A stretch of DNA of 64,000 nt from a phage: the NCBI GenBank assembly GCA_025832235.1, contig GCA_025832235.1_3649.1; one strand, given 5' to 3'. The notes under the pieces were generated by a model. It saw only the letters and a list, made by a program, of their open reading frames with translations, searched no databases and was not told where the DNA came from. The position numbers and the translations under genes are program-made. Shown here in pieces: positions 18,546 to 28,350 of this stretch (position 1 is its first letter; the number at the start of each line of letters is the position of its first letter).

Positions 18546-20857
18546 TCACCAAGGTAATTAAAAGCAACGGATGTGAAGTGGCATTCGATCCAGAACGTTT
18601 AAATAAGGCAGCTATTTTCGGTGACGATGGTAACGGCAATTGGTCACATATTGCACTGGATGCCTACAAGCGGTTGTATGATGGATGTACAACCAAAGAA
18701 GTTAACCAAGCTATTATAGACTCTTGTGTTAGCCGTAAAGACGAAGCACATTCCCGTATGGCTGGTCGTGTTCTTATTGGTCAGATCTATAAAGAGGCTT
18801 TTGGAGGGTTTACAAAGATCCCTTCCTTACCATCATTTTACAATGACATGGTTGAGAAAGGTTATTGGGAGGATATGGGTTATAGCTTTACCGAGCTAAA
18901 CACTTTAGACGCTGTTATTGACCACAGTAAAGATCTCGGTTATGGCTATGCAGTCCTTAAACAGTTTCGCGACAAATACGGGATCAAGGATACTCTTAAA
19001 GACACCTTGTTTGAATCTCCCCAGATGATGTTTATGGGGATAGCAATGGCTGTCATGAAGAATATGCCGAAAGAACGTCGTATCAACGATGTTGTAAAAT
19101 TATACACTTATCTGTCCGACTTAAAGATCAATGCCCCAACACCGTACTTAAACGGGCTGCGCACAGGTAAGACAGGGTATGCATCTTGTTGTGTAATAAA
19201 AGCTGACGATACAGCAAAATCTATTGGTGTGGCACGTGAAGTTGCGTACACAATGACGGTTAACCAAGCAGGTATCGGCTACTACTTATCCTCAAGATCT
19301 GCAGGCGATGGTGTTCGTGGTAACACTATTAAACATATGGGTAAGATTCCATATTATCGAGGTATTGATGCTGGGGTTAAGGAGAACAGACAACAATCAC
19401 GTGGTGGTTCTGCAACAGTATCATTCCTTGCACTGGACCCGCAGATTGATGAGCTAATCCGTTTGAGAAACCCTATGACTGTTGCTTCAAAAAGAATCAA
19501 CACCATGGACTACTCCATCGGTATTAATAGGTCGTTTATCAACCGTGTGGCTAAGAATTTAGATTGGATGCTTGTTTCTTATAAGCACGCGCCTCAACTG
19601 CATGAGGGTATCTTCACCATGTCTATGGAGGAGTTTGATGCAGAGGTTGATCGTATTGCTAAAGATGACAGTATTCCTAAAACATGGATCCGAGCTAGAG
19701 ATCTTGCTGTTGAACTGATCACGCAGCGCACTGAGGTGGGAAGGCTGTACGTATACTGGACAGATGAGATGAATAGACATACACCTTTTAAAGATGTGAT
19801 CTATTCAAGCAACCTGTGTGCAGAAATAGCCCTCCCGACAAAAGGCTATTCAGATATGCGTAATATCTTCAAGTACGATGCTGATGATGGAGAGGTTGCA
19901 TTGTGCTTCCTGTCATCTCTTGTAGCTGGGAGGGTTACTCCAGAGGAGTATGAGGATGTTGCATACTATACGGTGCTTATGATTGACAATGTTATGGAAA
20001 TCATGACATATCCGTATGAAAACATGGAGAGTACTGTTAAAAAACGCAGATCCATCGGGGTTGGCCTTACCAATGTTGCACATTTTATTGCCAGCCACAA
20101 GGTTACTTACGGATCTCCTGAAAGTAAACAGCTTGTTCACGATCTTGCAGAACTTCACAGCTACAGCTTGCATAAGGCAAGTTTACGGTTGGCAAAAGAG
20201 CGTGGTGTCTGCGAGTGGATGTATAAAACAAAATATCCAGAAGGTTGGTTACCAATCGACACTTATAACAAAGAGGTCGATAGTGTGGTGAAAGATCCTT
20301 CTCTTAAACAGGATTGGGAAGGGTTACGTAAAGAAATCATTGAAAATGGTGGGCTACGTAATAGCGTTCTTGAAGCATATATGCCTAATGAAAGCTCTTC
20401 GCTGGCAACAAACACCACTAACGGGGTTTATCCTGTCCGTGAGCACATTATCTTTAAAAAGTCGCCACAAGGGCAGGTGCTGTTTATCGTTCCTGAATAC
20501 GATGAGTTGAAAGAGTATTACACTTCGGCTTGGGACGTTGATACTAACGACATGATCGATATGTATGCTGTGATTCAAAAATTCACAGGTCAGGCAATCA
20601 GCGCGGATTTATACATAGACTACACCAAGTTGAAAGATGGTAAAATTTCAATGAAGGAGCAGCTAGGGTACCTTATCCGTGCCACTAAATTCGGGATGAA
20701 GACATGGTATTATTTAAACTCTAGGGTTGGTGCTGGTGACTCCTTGGCAGAGGAACTTCATGCCAAGAAACAGGCTGAAGATGAAACCAGAAAGAACTAT
20801 CCTTTGATTGCAGATAGTTCAGTTGAAGATCCGTATTGCGAAAGCTGTGCACTATAA
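18542..20857 (+). CDS. nrdA: ribonucleotide reductase class Ia alpha subunit
   Basis: 771 aa; N-terminal ATP-cone VIKSNGCEVAFDPERL; catalytic-site SSNLCAEIALP; TTG start after GGAGGA. Confidence 0.9.
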   Translation: MITKVIKSNGCEVAFDPERLNKAAIFGDDGNGNWSHIALDAYKRLYDGCTTKEVNQAIIDSCVSRKDEAHSRMAGRVLIGQIYKEAFGGFTKIPSLPSFYNDMVEKGYWEDMGYSFTELNTLDAVIDHSKDLGYGYAVLKQFRDKYGIKDTLKDTLFESPQMMFMGIAMAVMKNMPKERRINDVVKLYTYLSDLKINAPTPYLNGLRTGKTGYASCCVIKADDTAKSIGVAREVAYTMTVNQAGIGYYLSSRSAGDGVRGNTIKHMGKIPYYRGIDAGVKENRQQSRGGSATVSFLALDPQIDELIRLRNPMTVASKRINTMDYSIGINRSFINRVAKNLDWMLVSYKHAPQLHEGIFTMSMEEFDAEVDRIAKDDSIPKTWIRARDLAVELITQRTEVGRLYVYWTDEMNRHTPFKDVIYSSNLCAEIALPTKGYSDMRNIFKYDADDGEVALCFLSSLVAGRVTPEEYEDVAYYTVLMIDNVMEIMTYPYENMESTVKKRRSIGVGLTNVAHFIASHKVTYGSPESKQLVHDLAELHSYSLHKASLRLAKERGVCEWMYKTKYPEGWLPIDTYNKEVDSVVKDPSLKQDWEGLRKEIIENGGLRNSVLEAYMPNESSSLATNTTNGVYPVREHIIFKKSPQGQVLFIVPEYDELKEYYTSAWDVDTNDMIDMYAVIQKFTGQAISADLYIDYTKLKDGKISMKEQLGYLIRATKFGMKTWYYLNSRVGAGDSLAEELHAKKQAEDETRKNYPLIADSSVEDPYCESCAL

Positions 20858-20895
20858 TTTTAAAGGGGCTTCGGCCCCATTTTAGAGGTAGAATA

Positions 20896-21984
20896 ATGGC
20901 TGTATTTAATGCTGAGAACACCGCTCATAAAACTGGTGACTATCCGCTGTTTCTGGGACAGCAAATGGGTATGTACGACTCTATCAACAAAAAATATCCA
21001 CAACTGTTTGAACTATACAAAAAACAAAAAGAGCAAGATTGGGCAGAGGATGAAGTGGATTTGTCGCAATCTATTTCAGATTTTGTAACATGCTCAAAGT
21101 CAACTTATGACGTGATGGTGCAGACCTTGATGTGGCAATGGGAGGCTGATAGCGTTGCGGCAAGATCGATCATCTGCCTCTTTTCACCATTCATCACTAA
21201 TAGTGAGCTTTTCACTCTATTGATGAAACAGTCAGAGATTGAAGTTCTTCACGCACTAACTTACTCAGAGATTGTTAGACAATGCCTCCCCAATGCCCGT
21301 GAGATTATAGAAGAGATTCAGGAAAACCAAAACGTTCTGAGCAGATCCGGTGTTATTGTCAAATACATGCAAGAGCTCGAGGTTATTGGTGCAAAATACC
21401 GACTGGATCCTTCTAGTGTTGAAGAAGATATTGTGCGGAAATGCATTCTTAGAGCGCTTTTTGCACTTTTAGCTCTGGAAAGTATTGAGTTTATTGCAAG
21501 TTTTGCATGCACTTTCGCAGTAGCTGAACAGGGTATCTTTGTTCAGGTGGCGCAGCTTGTTCAAAAAATCATGCTTGACGAAATGCTACATTCGAAAGGT
21601 GATTTTGCCATCATTGATATCCTGCTTAATGATCCAGCATGGGAGAAAAGCTTCCTTGAGATAAAGGGAGAGTTAAAAGAGATTCTTGATGAAGTACGAA
21701 CCAAGGAGTACGGTTGGAGCGACTATATTTTCAGCGAAGGGAGAGCGATTATAGGCCTTAACTCACCGTTACTTAAAGAATGGGTTGACTATAACTGTTC
21801 ACCGATTTATGATTACTACGACATCGACAAAGACTTTGTGCCGCCAACAAAGGACCCGCTACCGTTTATGCAGGTGTGGATGAAACCTTCATTGCAACAG
21901 ACGGCGAACCAAGAAATGTCGAACACTGACTACCGCGTCAACACAACTGTTAACGACGCTGAAGAAGAAATTTGGGAGTTTTAA
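20896..21984 (+). CDS. nrdB: ribonucleotide reductase class Ia beta subunit
   Basis: directly downstream of nrdA; ferritin-like helices, C-terminal EEEIWEF tail; start ATG 20896 after GAGGT. Confidence 0.85.
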   Translation: MAVFNAENTAHKTGDYPLFLGQQMGMYDSINKKYPQLFELYKKQKEQDWAEDEVDLSQSISDFVTCSKSTYDVMVQTLMWQWEADSVAARSIICLFSPFITNSELFTLLMKQSEIEVLHALTYSEIVRQCLPNAREIIEEIQENQNVLSRSGVIVKYMQELEVIGAKYRLDPSSVEEDIVRKCILRALFALLALESIEFIASFACTFAVAEQGIFVQVAQLVQKIMLDEMLHSKGDFAIIDILLNDPAWEKSFLEIKGELKEILDEVRTKEYGWSDYIFSEGRAIIGLNSPLLKEWVDYNCSPIYDYYDIDKDFVPPTKDPLPFMQVWMKPSLQQTANQEMSNTDYRVNTTVNDAEEEIWEF

Positions 21985-21987
21985 TAT

Positions 21988-22266
21988 ATGAGCTGTGAAA
22001 AATCTTTTTTCTTTATTATTTACGGTAAAGATAACTGCCCACATTGTGTAAGAGCAAAAGAATTTGCAGTCAGTAAAGGTCTGCCTTTTGTATATAAGAC
22101 ACTTGGCGAGGGTTACACAAAAGAAGAGCTTATTGAGAAGTGTAGTCCAATCGTGCCCAGAACGTTGCCGCAGATCTTCTTAGAAAGCAATCTTGAAAGT
22201 GTCCATATAGGCGGTGCCGACGATTTCATCTCTTTTGTTAAGAATGGTTTTGGAGAGAAAAAGTGA
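21988..22266 (+). CDS. glutaredoxin/NrdH-like redoxin
   Basis: CPHC active site in thioredoxin-fold-sized protein between nrdB and nrdD. Confidence 0.7.
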   Translation: MSCEKSFFFIIYGKDNCPHCVRAKEFAVSKGLPFVYKTLGEGYTKEELIEKCSPIVPRTLPQIFLESNLESVHIGGADDFISFVKNGFGEKK

Positions 22267-23123
22267 AAGTTGTAAAACGGGACGGTAGAGAAGAGTTCTA
22301 TAACGGAATTAAGGTGATCAAGGCGGCAGAGTCCGCCTTACTTGAGTCTGGACATACTGAAGAAGAAGCTCACCGGATCGCCTGCGCGGTTAATGAAGTT
22401 GTTGCTAACAATCTACCAACCGACCAGTGCACGATCTCTGTAAAAAATATCCATATCCTTGTTGAAGACGCTCTTATGGATATGGGTTTAAAATGTGCAG
22501 CCAGAGAATACATCCAGTATAGACAGACAAGAGATAATAACAGAGAGGCAGGTGGAAAACTGCTTGCAGATATTAGTGGCTTCTTGGATCGAACTTGTGA
22601 TGAATTTACAAAAGAAAACGCAAATAAGCCTACTAATCATGTACACACTCATCGTGACCTGCTTGCAGGCATCCTTAGCAAACACCTTGCATCAACACAG
22701 ATCCTGCCAGACCGTGTTTCAGAAGAGCACAATAAAGGCTTCATCCATGTGCATGATCTTGACTACTTGATCAGTCCGTTAACAAACTGTTGTTTGGTAA
22801 ATTATCCAGATATGTTGGAAAACGGATTCAACATTGGTAACGCCCATGTCAGTAAGCCGAAGTCAATAGGGGTTGCAACAACAATCCTTAGCCAAATTTC
22901 TAGTGCAGTAGCTAGTGCTCAATATGGTGGTCAGACTATGAGCCATATTGATCATTACCTAGCACAGTATGCTGAAGCAACCTATGAGAAGAACCTTAAA
23001 TTTTGCCAGGAACATTGGTTGCCAGATGCTGAGACTGTTGCAATGCAAATGACAGATAAAGACGTGTTTGACAGCATGCAGACGTTGCTTTATCAGATCA
23101 ACACACTAACCTCGGTAAACGGT
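22263..23123 (+). CDS. nrdD: anaerobic ribonucleotide reductase, exon 1
   Basis: N-terminal ATP-cone VVKRDGREEFYNGIKV; frame ends 1 codon after proposed 5' splice site (exon ends ...NTLTSVNG). Confidence 0.8.
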
Positions 23124-23371
23124 TAACAAACTGGCCGTTTTAAAACTCTGCTAACCTCAGTATGAGGGGTCAGCTGATCGCTGGCTAACGGGGAACGCTA
23201 AGGCGAAAGCTATGCCAATCCCGTGACTAGCTTCACAAGGAGTGAGGCGGTTGTAACGACTAACCTTTTGGTGTAGGGATTATGGAAGATTCCGAAACGC
23301 AGAGGTCTGATTAAGAATCACACGGTGTGATTTCAGGCAAGAGATAGTCTGGCCTTGTGGAAACATAAGGG
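23124..23371 (+). ncRNA. group I self-splicing intron in nrdD (no internal ORF)
   Basis: 5' exon AAACGGU pairs with intron GCCGUUU (G.U at splice site); P7 GACUA (23225-23229)/UAGUC (23345-23349); hairpin CCUUGUG-GAAA-CAUAAGG then G at 23371; length restores frame. Confidence 0.6.
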
Positions 23372-24643
23372 TGGGGACCGCAAACCCCTTTTATCACATT
23401 AAGTTTAGGGCTGGATACCTCGGTCTTTGGTAGAATGATTACCAAAAACTACTTGAAAGTCCACAAAATGGGTCTTGGTGAAGAACGTATCACACCTGTG
23501 TTCCCTAAAGTGCTGTTCTTCCTGGAAGAGGGTGTCAACATGAACCCCGGAGATCCTAACTATGATTTGAAACGATTAGCTCTGGAATGCTCTGCAGAGC
23601 GGATTTATCCTGACTTTGTTTCTGTTCCACTAAATCGTAAAGTGACAGGCTCGACAGATGGCAAAGTAACGAGCATGGGTTGCCGGAGTTTTCTTAGCAA
23701 ATACAATGACTTGGAAACAGGTGAGGAGAAATACCTTGGCAGATTCAACTTGGGTGTTGTTAGCCTTAACCTACCAATGATTGCGGCAAAAGCTAAGACT
23801 GAAGGTGTTGATTTCTTTGCCGTTCTTGACGAGTATCTGGATTTGGCATATGAAGCTCACCTTGTAAGGGTTAACCGTCTGAAAGGCACCAAGGCAGGGC
23901 AGAACCCTATCATGTGGTGTGAAGGCGCTCTTGCTCGCTTGGACCCTGAAGAGAGTATTGATAAACTCTTCTATGACGGGTACGCTTCCATCAGTATTGG
24001 GTATATTGGTGTGTATGAAACCTGTCAGATTTTGGGCAGGGAGGGTGACAAGGCTTTAGCTCTTGGAATACTTCAGCACATGAGAGATGCTTGTGAGAGA
24101 TACAAGAAGGAAAGTAGACTAGCGTTTAGCTTGTACGGCACCCCTTCTGAGAGTCTATGCTATAAAGCTGCAACCTGTCTGGATCGTGAATATCCTGAAG
24201 TGTTGAAGCACGAGCATGAATATCTCACCAACAGTTTCCATCAGCCAGTATGGATAAATAGCTCTCCTTTTGATAAGTGGGAGTATGAGGAAGGTTTTGC
24301 TATGATCTCCTCTGGTGGCAACATCGGATACGTAGAGACACCTAACCTGAAAAACAACTTGGATGCTTTAGAGGCTCTTGTTGACTTCGGGTATAAACAC
24401 ATTATGTATTTTGGTATTAACCAACCTGTGGATAAATGTCTCAAGTGTGGTTTCTCTGGTGAGTTCAGTGCAACAGCTAAAGGGTTCTGCTGCCCTGCGT
24501 GCGGATGCCACGATGAACAATATATCTCAGTGATCCGAAGAGTGTCTGGATACCTTTCCAGTCCTAACTCCCGTCCTTACAATAAAGGTAAGCAAGCGGA
24601 AGTTATCGAGCGAGTTAAGCACTATGAAAGTTGTAGTTGCTGA
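23372..24643 (+). CDS. nrdD: anaerobic ribonucleotide reductase, exon 2
   Basis: VFPK, GDPNYD, LALEC...RIYPD, MGCRSFL, Zn site CLKCGF...CPACGC, glycyl-radical motif RVSGYL. Confidence 0.8.
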   Translation, partial: WGPQTPFITLSLGLDTSVFGRMITKNYLKVHKMGLGEERITPVFPKVLFFLEEGVNMNPGDPNYDLKRLALECSAERIYPDFVSVPLNRKVTGSTDGKVTSMGCRSFLSKYNDLETGEEKYLGRFNLGVVSLNLPMIAAKAKTEGVDFFAVLDEYLDLAYEAHLVRVNRLKGTKAGQNPIMWCEGALARLDPEESIDKLFYDGYASISIGYIGVYETCQILGREGDKALALGILQHMRDACERYKKESRLAFSLYGTPSESLCYKAATCLDREYPEVLKHEHEYLTNSFHQPVWINSSPFDKWEYEEGFAMISSGGNIGYVETPNLKNNLDALEALVDFGYKHIMYFGINQPVDKCLKCGFSGEFSATAKGFCCPACGCHDEQYISVIRRVSGYLSSPNSRPYNKGKQAEVIERVKHYESCSC

Positions 24644-24709
24644 TACTTGACAAAAGCCACAAGGATGTGGCACACTTAGTTCAAAAATGAGAACTAAGAG
24701 GATCCAGCA

Positions 24710-25870
24710 GTGAGAAAACTTACAACCGAAGATTTTATAGAGGGGGCGAAAGCAGTTCATGGTGATAAATATGATTATTCTAAAGTCAAATATGTGGGTG
24801 CACACACCAAGGCTGTAATTATATGCCCTGAGCATGGAGAATTTAAGAAAACTCTTGGAGATCACCTCCGTAAAAAACAGGGTTGCCCAAAATGTCAGAT
24901 TGAAGCAGAAAGAGCGGCTTATGCTGAAAAATTTAAAGCAGAAGCTGGAGCTAAGTATAATTATAAATATGATTACTCTAAGGTAGAGTATGTCAATGCT
25001 AAAACTAAAGTTGTGATTGTTTGCCCTGTTCACGGTGAGTTTGAGCAAAAGCCTGATAGCCATCTCAACAGCGGTGGTTGCCGCAAGTGCGGGGGAACTG
25101 AGAGAAAGACTACTGAAGAGTGGATCGCTGAGGCAAAAGCGCTTCATGGCGATAAGTATGATTACTCTCTTGTAAATTATAAAACCTGTAATGATGAAGT
25201 GGAGATAATCTGTAATACATGTGGCGCTCACTTCCCACAAAGACCTCATGACCATGCACCAAGTGGAAAAGGTTGCCCCGAGTGCGGGAAGAAGAAGGTG
25301 GCCGAGGTTAGTAGGAAGACGCAGAGAAAGAAAGCATCTGAGGCAGCTAAAAGGTTTGAGGCAAGAGCCAGAGCTATCCATAAAGATAAATACGATTATT
25401 CCAGGGTGGAATATGTTAATAGGGAGACAGAGGTCACTATCATCTGTCCGATTCATGGGGAGTTCACACAAAAACCGTTTGTCCACATCAACCGAAAAGC
25501 TGGCTGTCAAAAATGTGCTAAAGTCGGCTTCTTATCTCATGAACATGGTAGCCTTTATATCATGGTTGACGATCTGGAAGTACCAAATATGATGAAAATT
25601 GGTGTGAGTGTCCGGGTAGATGAACGAAGAAAAGATGTGTTAAAAAGAGCTAAAAAAGCTGGTGCTAGATTCTCTGATCTACATGTTATAAAAACTTGGG
25701 AAGGAACAACAGACGACATGCAAACTTTAGAAAAAGCTATGCACCAAGCCTTGAGCCAATACAAAATCAACTTCACAGAGAAGTTTGATGGCTGTCGAGA
25801 GTTCTTCTACTACAGACCGGAGGTATTCGAGCTAGTAGAAGAACATTTGAAGAAATTTGCTAATAAATAA
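24710..25870 (+). CDS. free-standing homing-endonuclease-like protein (T5orf172 / GIY-YIG-like C-domain)
   Basis: four tandem ~50-aa modules (HGDKYDYSKVKYV...CP.HGEF...GC.KC) plus C-terminal LYIMV...KIGVS...EFFYY; GTG start after AAGAGGA. Confidence 0.6.
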   Translation: MRKLTTEDFIEGAKAVHGDKYDYSKVKYVGAHTKAVIICPEHGEFKKTLGDHLRKKQGCPKCQIEAERAAYAEKFKAEAGAKYNYKYDYSKVEYVNAKTKVVIVCPVHGEFEQKPDSHLNSGGCRKCGGTERKTTEEWIAEAKALHGDKYDYSLVNYKTCNDEVEIICNTCGAHFPQRPHDHAPSGKGCPECGKKKVAEVSRKTQRKKASEAAKRFEARARAIHKDKYDYSRVEYVNRETEVTIICPIHGEFTQKPFVHINRKAGCQKCAKVGFLSHEHGSLYIMVDDLEVPNMMKIGVSVRVDERRKDVLKRAKKAGARFSDLHVIKTWEGTTDDMQTLEKAMHQALSQYKINFTEKFDGCREFFYYRPEVFELVEEHLKKFANK

Positions 25871-25931
25871 TAACACACAAAGGGCCAGCTTTATTCTGGC
25901 ACTTCAGTCCGTCGTAAATTAAGGAGTTGTT

Positions 25932-26057
25932 ATGTCATCTGGTGGCTTTAAAGTAAAAATTTGTAAACACTGCGGTTGTAAGTGCAACCTTCGTTGGTGC
26001 AAGGCACTAGACGATTTTATTTGGCATTGCCCTAAATGTGATGCGGAGTATCTATGA
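25932..26057 (+). CDS. 41-aa zinc-ribbon microprotein
   Basis: AAGGAG RBS; two CxxC pairs; stop overlaps nrdG start (ATGA); below ORF-track size cutoff. Confidence 0.45.
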   Translation: MSSGGFKVKICKHCGCKCNLRWCKALDDFIWHCPKCDAEYL

Positions 26058-26527
26058 ACATTGCTGGATACACAGAAATATCTTACACCGAAGGCCCAGG
26101 TATTAGAACTGCCTTGTGGGTATCTGGGTGCCCACACGCTTGCCCTGGTTGCTTTAATCAGGCATTTTGGTCAAAAGATAAGGGGAGGGAGTTCACTGAA
26201 GAAGACTTGCAAAAAATCTTGTCAGATTTAGATAACCCGTCTGTGTGCGGTATCTCTCTGCTGGGTGGAGAACCCTTAGCGTACTATAATGAGCCAGATA
26301 TTATTAGCCTGATGGAGAAAATTAAGGAAAAATTTGGTGACAAGAAAACTATTCTTGTATATACTGGGTTCACATTTGACCATATCTCTAGTGATGTTCT
26401 TAAACTGGCTGATATCATCATTGACGGTAAGTATGTAAAAGATTTACCAACCAAGAAACCGTTCCGAGGTAGTGATAACCAAAGAATGTTTAAAAAAGTA
26501 TCAGGCGGTTGGGTTCAGGTAGACTAG
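26054..26527 (+). CDS. nrdG: anaerobic ribonucleotide reductase activating protein (radical SAM)
   Basis: Cys cluster GCPHACPGCFN near N-terminus. Confidence 0.85.
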   Translation: MNIAGYTEISYTEGPGIRTALWVSGCPHACPGCFNQAFWSKDKGREFTEEDLQKILSDLDNPSVCGISLLGGEPLAYYNEPDIISLMEKIKEKFGDKKTILVYTGFTFDHISSDVLKLADIIIDGKYVKDLPTKKPFRGSDNQRMFKKVSGGWVQVD

Positions 26528-26530
26528 TTG

Positions 26531-26560
26531 TTGACAAAGCTTTGTTAAGTTGGTTATAAT
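26531..26560 (+). promoter_or_regulatory. sigma70 consensus promoter
   Basis: TTGACA 26531-26536, 18 bp spacer, TATAAT 26555-26560. Confidence 0.65.
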
Positions 26561-26589
26561 TGTCGTAATGAAAGCAGAGGAGGTGCCAA

Positions 26590-26703
26590 ATGGCTAAAAA
26601 AGCCTTGAAGAAGGCGTACAAGAAAGAGATTGCGCTTGAGCTTAAGAAAAAACACAAGCGTGAAAAGAAACATCATGAAGATGAAGAGGGGGTGCAACAG
26701 TGA
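26590..26703 (+). CDS. 37-aa lysine-rich microprotein
   Basis: GAGGAGG RBS then ATG; MAKKALKKAYKKE...; below ORF-track size cutoff. Confidence 0.4.
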   Translation: MAKKALKKAYKKEIALELKKKHKREKKHHEDEEGVQQ

Positions 26704-27050
26704 CACAAGAACGTATCGATTTGGCTAATAAGTTTGTAGATCTCATTTTGCCACGGTTAGTTACTCAACATGCAGATGCTATTTCTACTAATCTTGATGG
26801 CTTACGCCTAATGCTGAATCGCACAGATGACCCTCGTATTCGGGCTGATTTAGAAGCCTCTGCCAACAAACTGGAAAAGTTCTTGCAAGTAGACACGCAA
26901 GAAGCCTTGCACAAGATTATGGTGGAAGGTTTCTCTAAAGAATTTACCATTAAAGAGCTTAAGGAGCTGATCCACCAAGAAGAGATGAATATCCGAGTTC
27001 AGGCTGTTGCAAGCAGCATGGAAGCGGCTATTGAAAAACTGTTGCAGTAA
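26700..27050 (+). CDS. hypothetical protein
   Basis: GTG start overlapping preceding stop. Confidence 0.45.
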   Translation: MTQERIDLANKFVDLILPRLVTQHADAISTNLDGLRLMLNRTDDPRIRADLEASANKLEKFLQVDTQEALHKIMVEGFSKEFTIKELKELIHQEEMNIRVQAVASSMEAAIEKLLQ

Positions 27051-27088
27051 AAGTACTTGGCACATCTCAATCTGAAAGGAGTCCCAAC

Positions 27089-27877
27089 ATGGGTCGAGCT
27101 AAAGAAACAAAACGCATGCGTGATGAAGCTAGAGAGGCTCGCAAATCTGATCGCCTGCGTAAGGCTGCTGAGAAATTTGCTGACGAAAGAGAGCACACCG
27201 CTCCAGCTCTCCGACCAATGAATAAGAAGCAGCAAAAGTATCTTGATTATCTAGGGTCACGTAAGATTATTATTGTAAACGGTGTGTTTGGATCCGGTAA
27301 GACATTCATGGCATCTGCATATGCAGGTGATCTTCTGCGTAAGAACGAGATTGATAAGATTATTGTTGCACGTCCTTACGTTCAGACAGGAAAGACTTCA
27401 GGATTTAAACCTGGAAATGCAATGCAGAAACTGTGGCCCTATCTTCGAAGCATGATGGACACGATTTGTCGTCGTGTTGGCAAAGGTGCTTTTGCCGCAA
27501 TGCTGGGAGACGGTCAGAACAGCCGTATCGAGATTTGTGAAGTTGAAAGCATTCGTGGTCGTAGTTTCGATGAGCGATGCTTTGTCCTGATTGACGAGGC
27601 ACAGCAAACTAACCCTGAAGAAATGTTGTCAATTATCACAAGGATCTCTGATCAAGCCACCCTTGTAATTATGGGTGATAATAGCCAACGTGACATCCCT
27701 GGTAAATCTGGCCTTGCATGGGTGACGGATTTCTTTACTCGTCATCCAGATCCTGAGGTTGGAATGATCAGCTTTGATAGTCCAGACGATGTCGTTCGTT
27801 CTGGGTTGGGTCGTCAGATCGCACTCAATCTTATTGAGGATCGTGCAAATCATATTTGGACCCCTGTTTCCGAGTAA
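27089..27877 (+). CDS. phoH: PhoH-like ATPase
   Basis: Walker A GVFGSGKTF and PhoH-like core; AAAGGAG RBS. Confidence 0.85.
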   Translation: MGRAKETKRMRDEAREARKSDRLRKAAEKFADEREHTAPALRPMNKKQQKYLDYLGSRKIIIVNGVFGSGKTFMASAYAGDLLRKNEIDKIIVARPYVQTGKTSGFKPGNAMQKLWPYLRSMMDTICRRVGKGAFAAMLGDGQNSRIEICEVESIRGRSFDERCFVLIDEAQQTNPEEMLSIITRISDQATLVIMGDNSQRDIPGKSGLAWVTDFFTRHPDPEVGMISFDSPDDVVRSGLGRQIALNLIEDRANHIWTPVSE

Positions 27878-27921
27878 TACAGAAGGGTGGTTATTCCACC
27901 CTTAAATATCTAAAACAGTTG

Positions 27922-27950
27922 TTGACAAATAGGTAAGCTTTAGATATTAT
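27922..27950 (+). promoter_or_regulatory. sigma70 consensus promoter
   Basis: TTGACA 27922-27927, 17 bp spacer, TATTAT 27945-27950. Confidence 0.65.
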
Positions 27951-27978
27951 TATCGGACAAAACAGAGAGAAGGACAGT

Positions 27979-28290
27979 ATGGCTACAATACAAGAGAAAC
28001 TGAATAAAATATACTGCCTGTTTGTCTATAACGGCGAGACAATTTTGGCAAATAAGGGATCCAAGAATGTGTGGACCAAGGACAGCGGTGGTAATATAAT
28101 TAACTTAGCGTTGCTACGTGAGCGCCGACACAGATTCTTTATCGAGTCTCGAATTATTGAAAGCAGCACTTGCTACAGAACAGGCGATAAAGTAATTGTT
28201 GACAATGATACGTGGTATGTGGTAGACTGGCAATCATTGAGTTGTGATGCTTCTGACAATCGTAAGTATTCCATAGTGATTGCTAAATAA
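27979..28290 (+). CDS. hypothetical protein
   Basis: ORF downstream of promoter. Confidence 0.45.
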   Translation: MATIQEKLNKIYCLFVYNGETILANKGSKNVWTKDSGGNIINLALLRERRHRFFIESRIIESSTCYRTGDKVIVDNDTWYVVDWQSLSCDASDNRKYSIVIAK

Positions 28291-28350
28291 AGGTAAATGT
28301 GAATCAGGTTTAAATAAATAGCTTTCAACTTCCAATATTAAGGATTTCTC

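Noticed and set aside
22263-24643. nrdD as two independently translated split genes
   Set aside because: The gap has group I intron elements, its length restores frame, the second frame has no own RBS or start at the conserved join, and no endonuclease ORF sits between the halves.
24527-25510. 327-aa minus-strand ORF
   Set aside because: Antisense to the well-supported nrdD 3' exon and homing-endonuclease gene; product is low-complexity and hydrophobic; no RBS.
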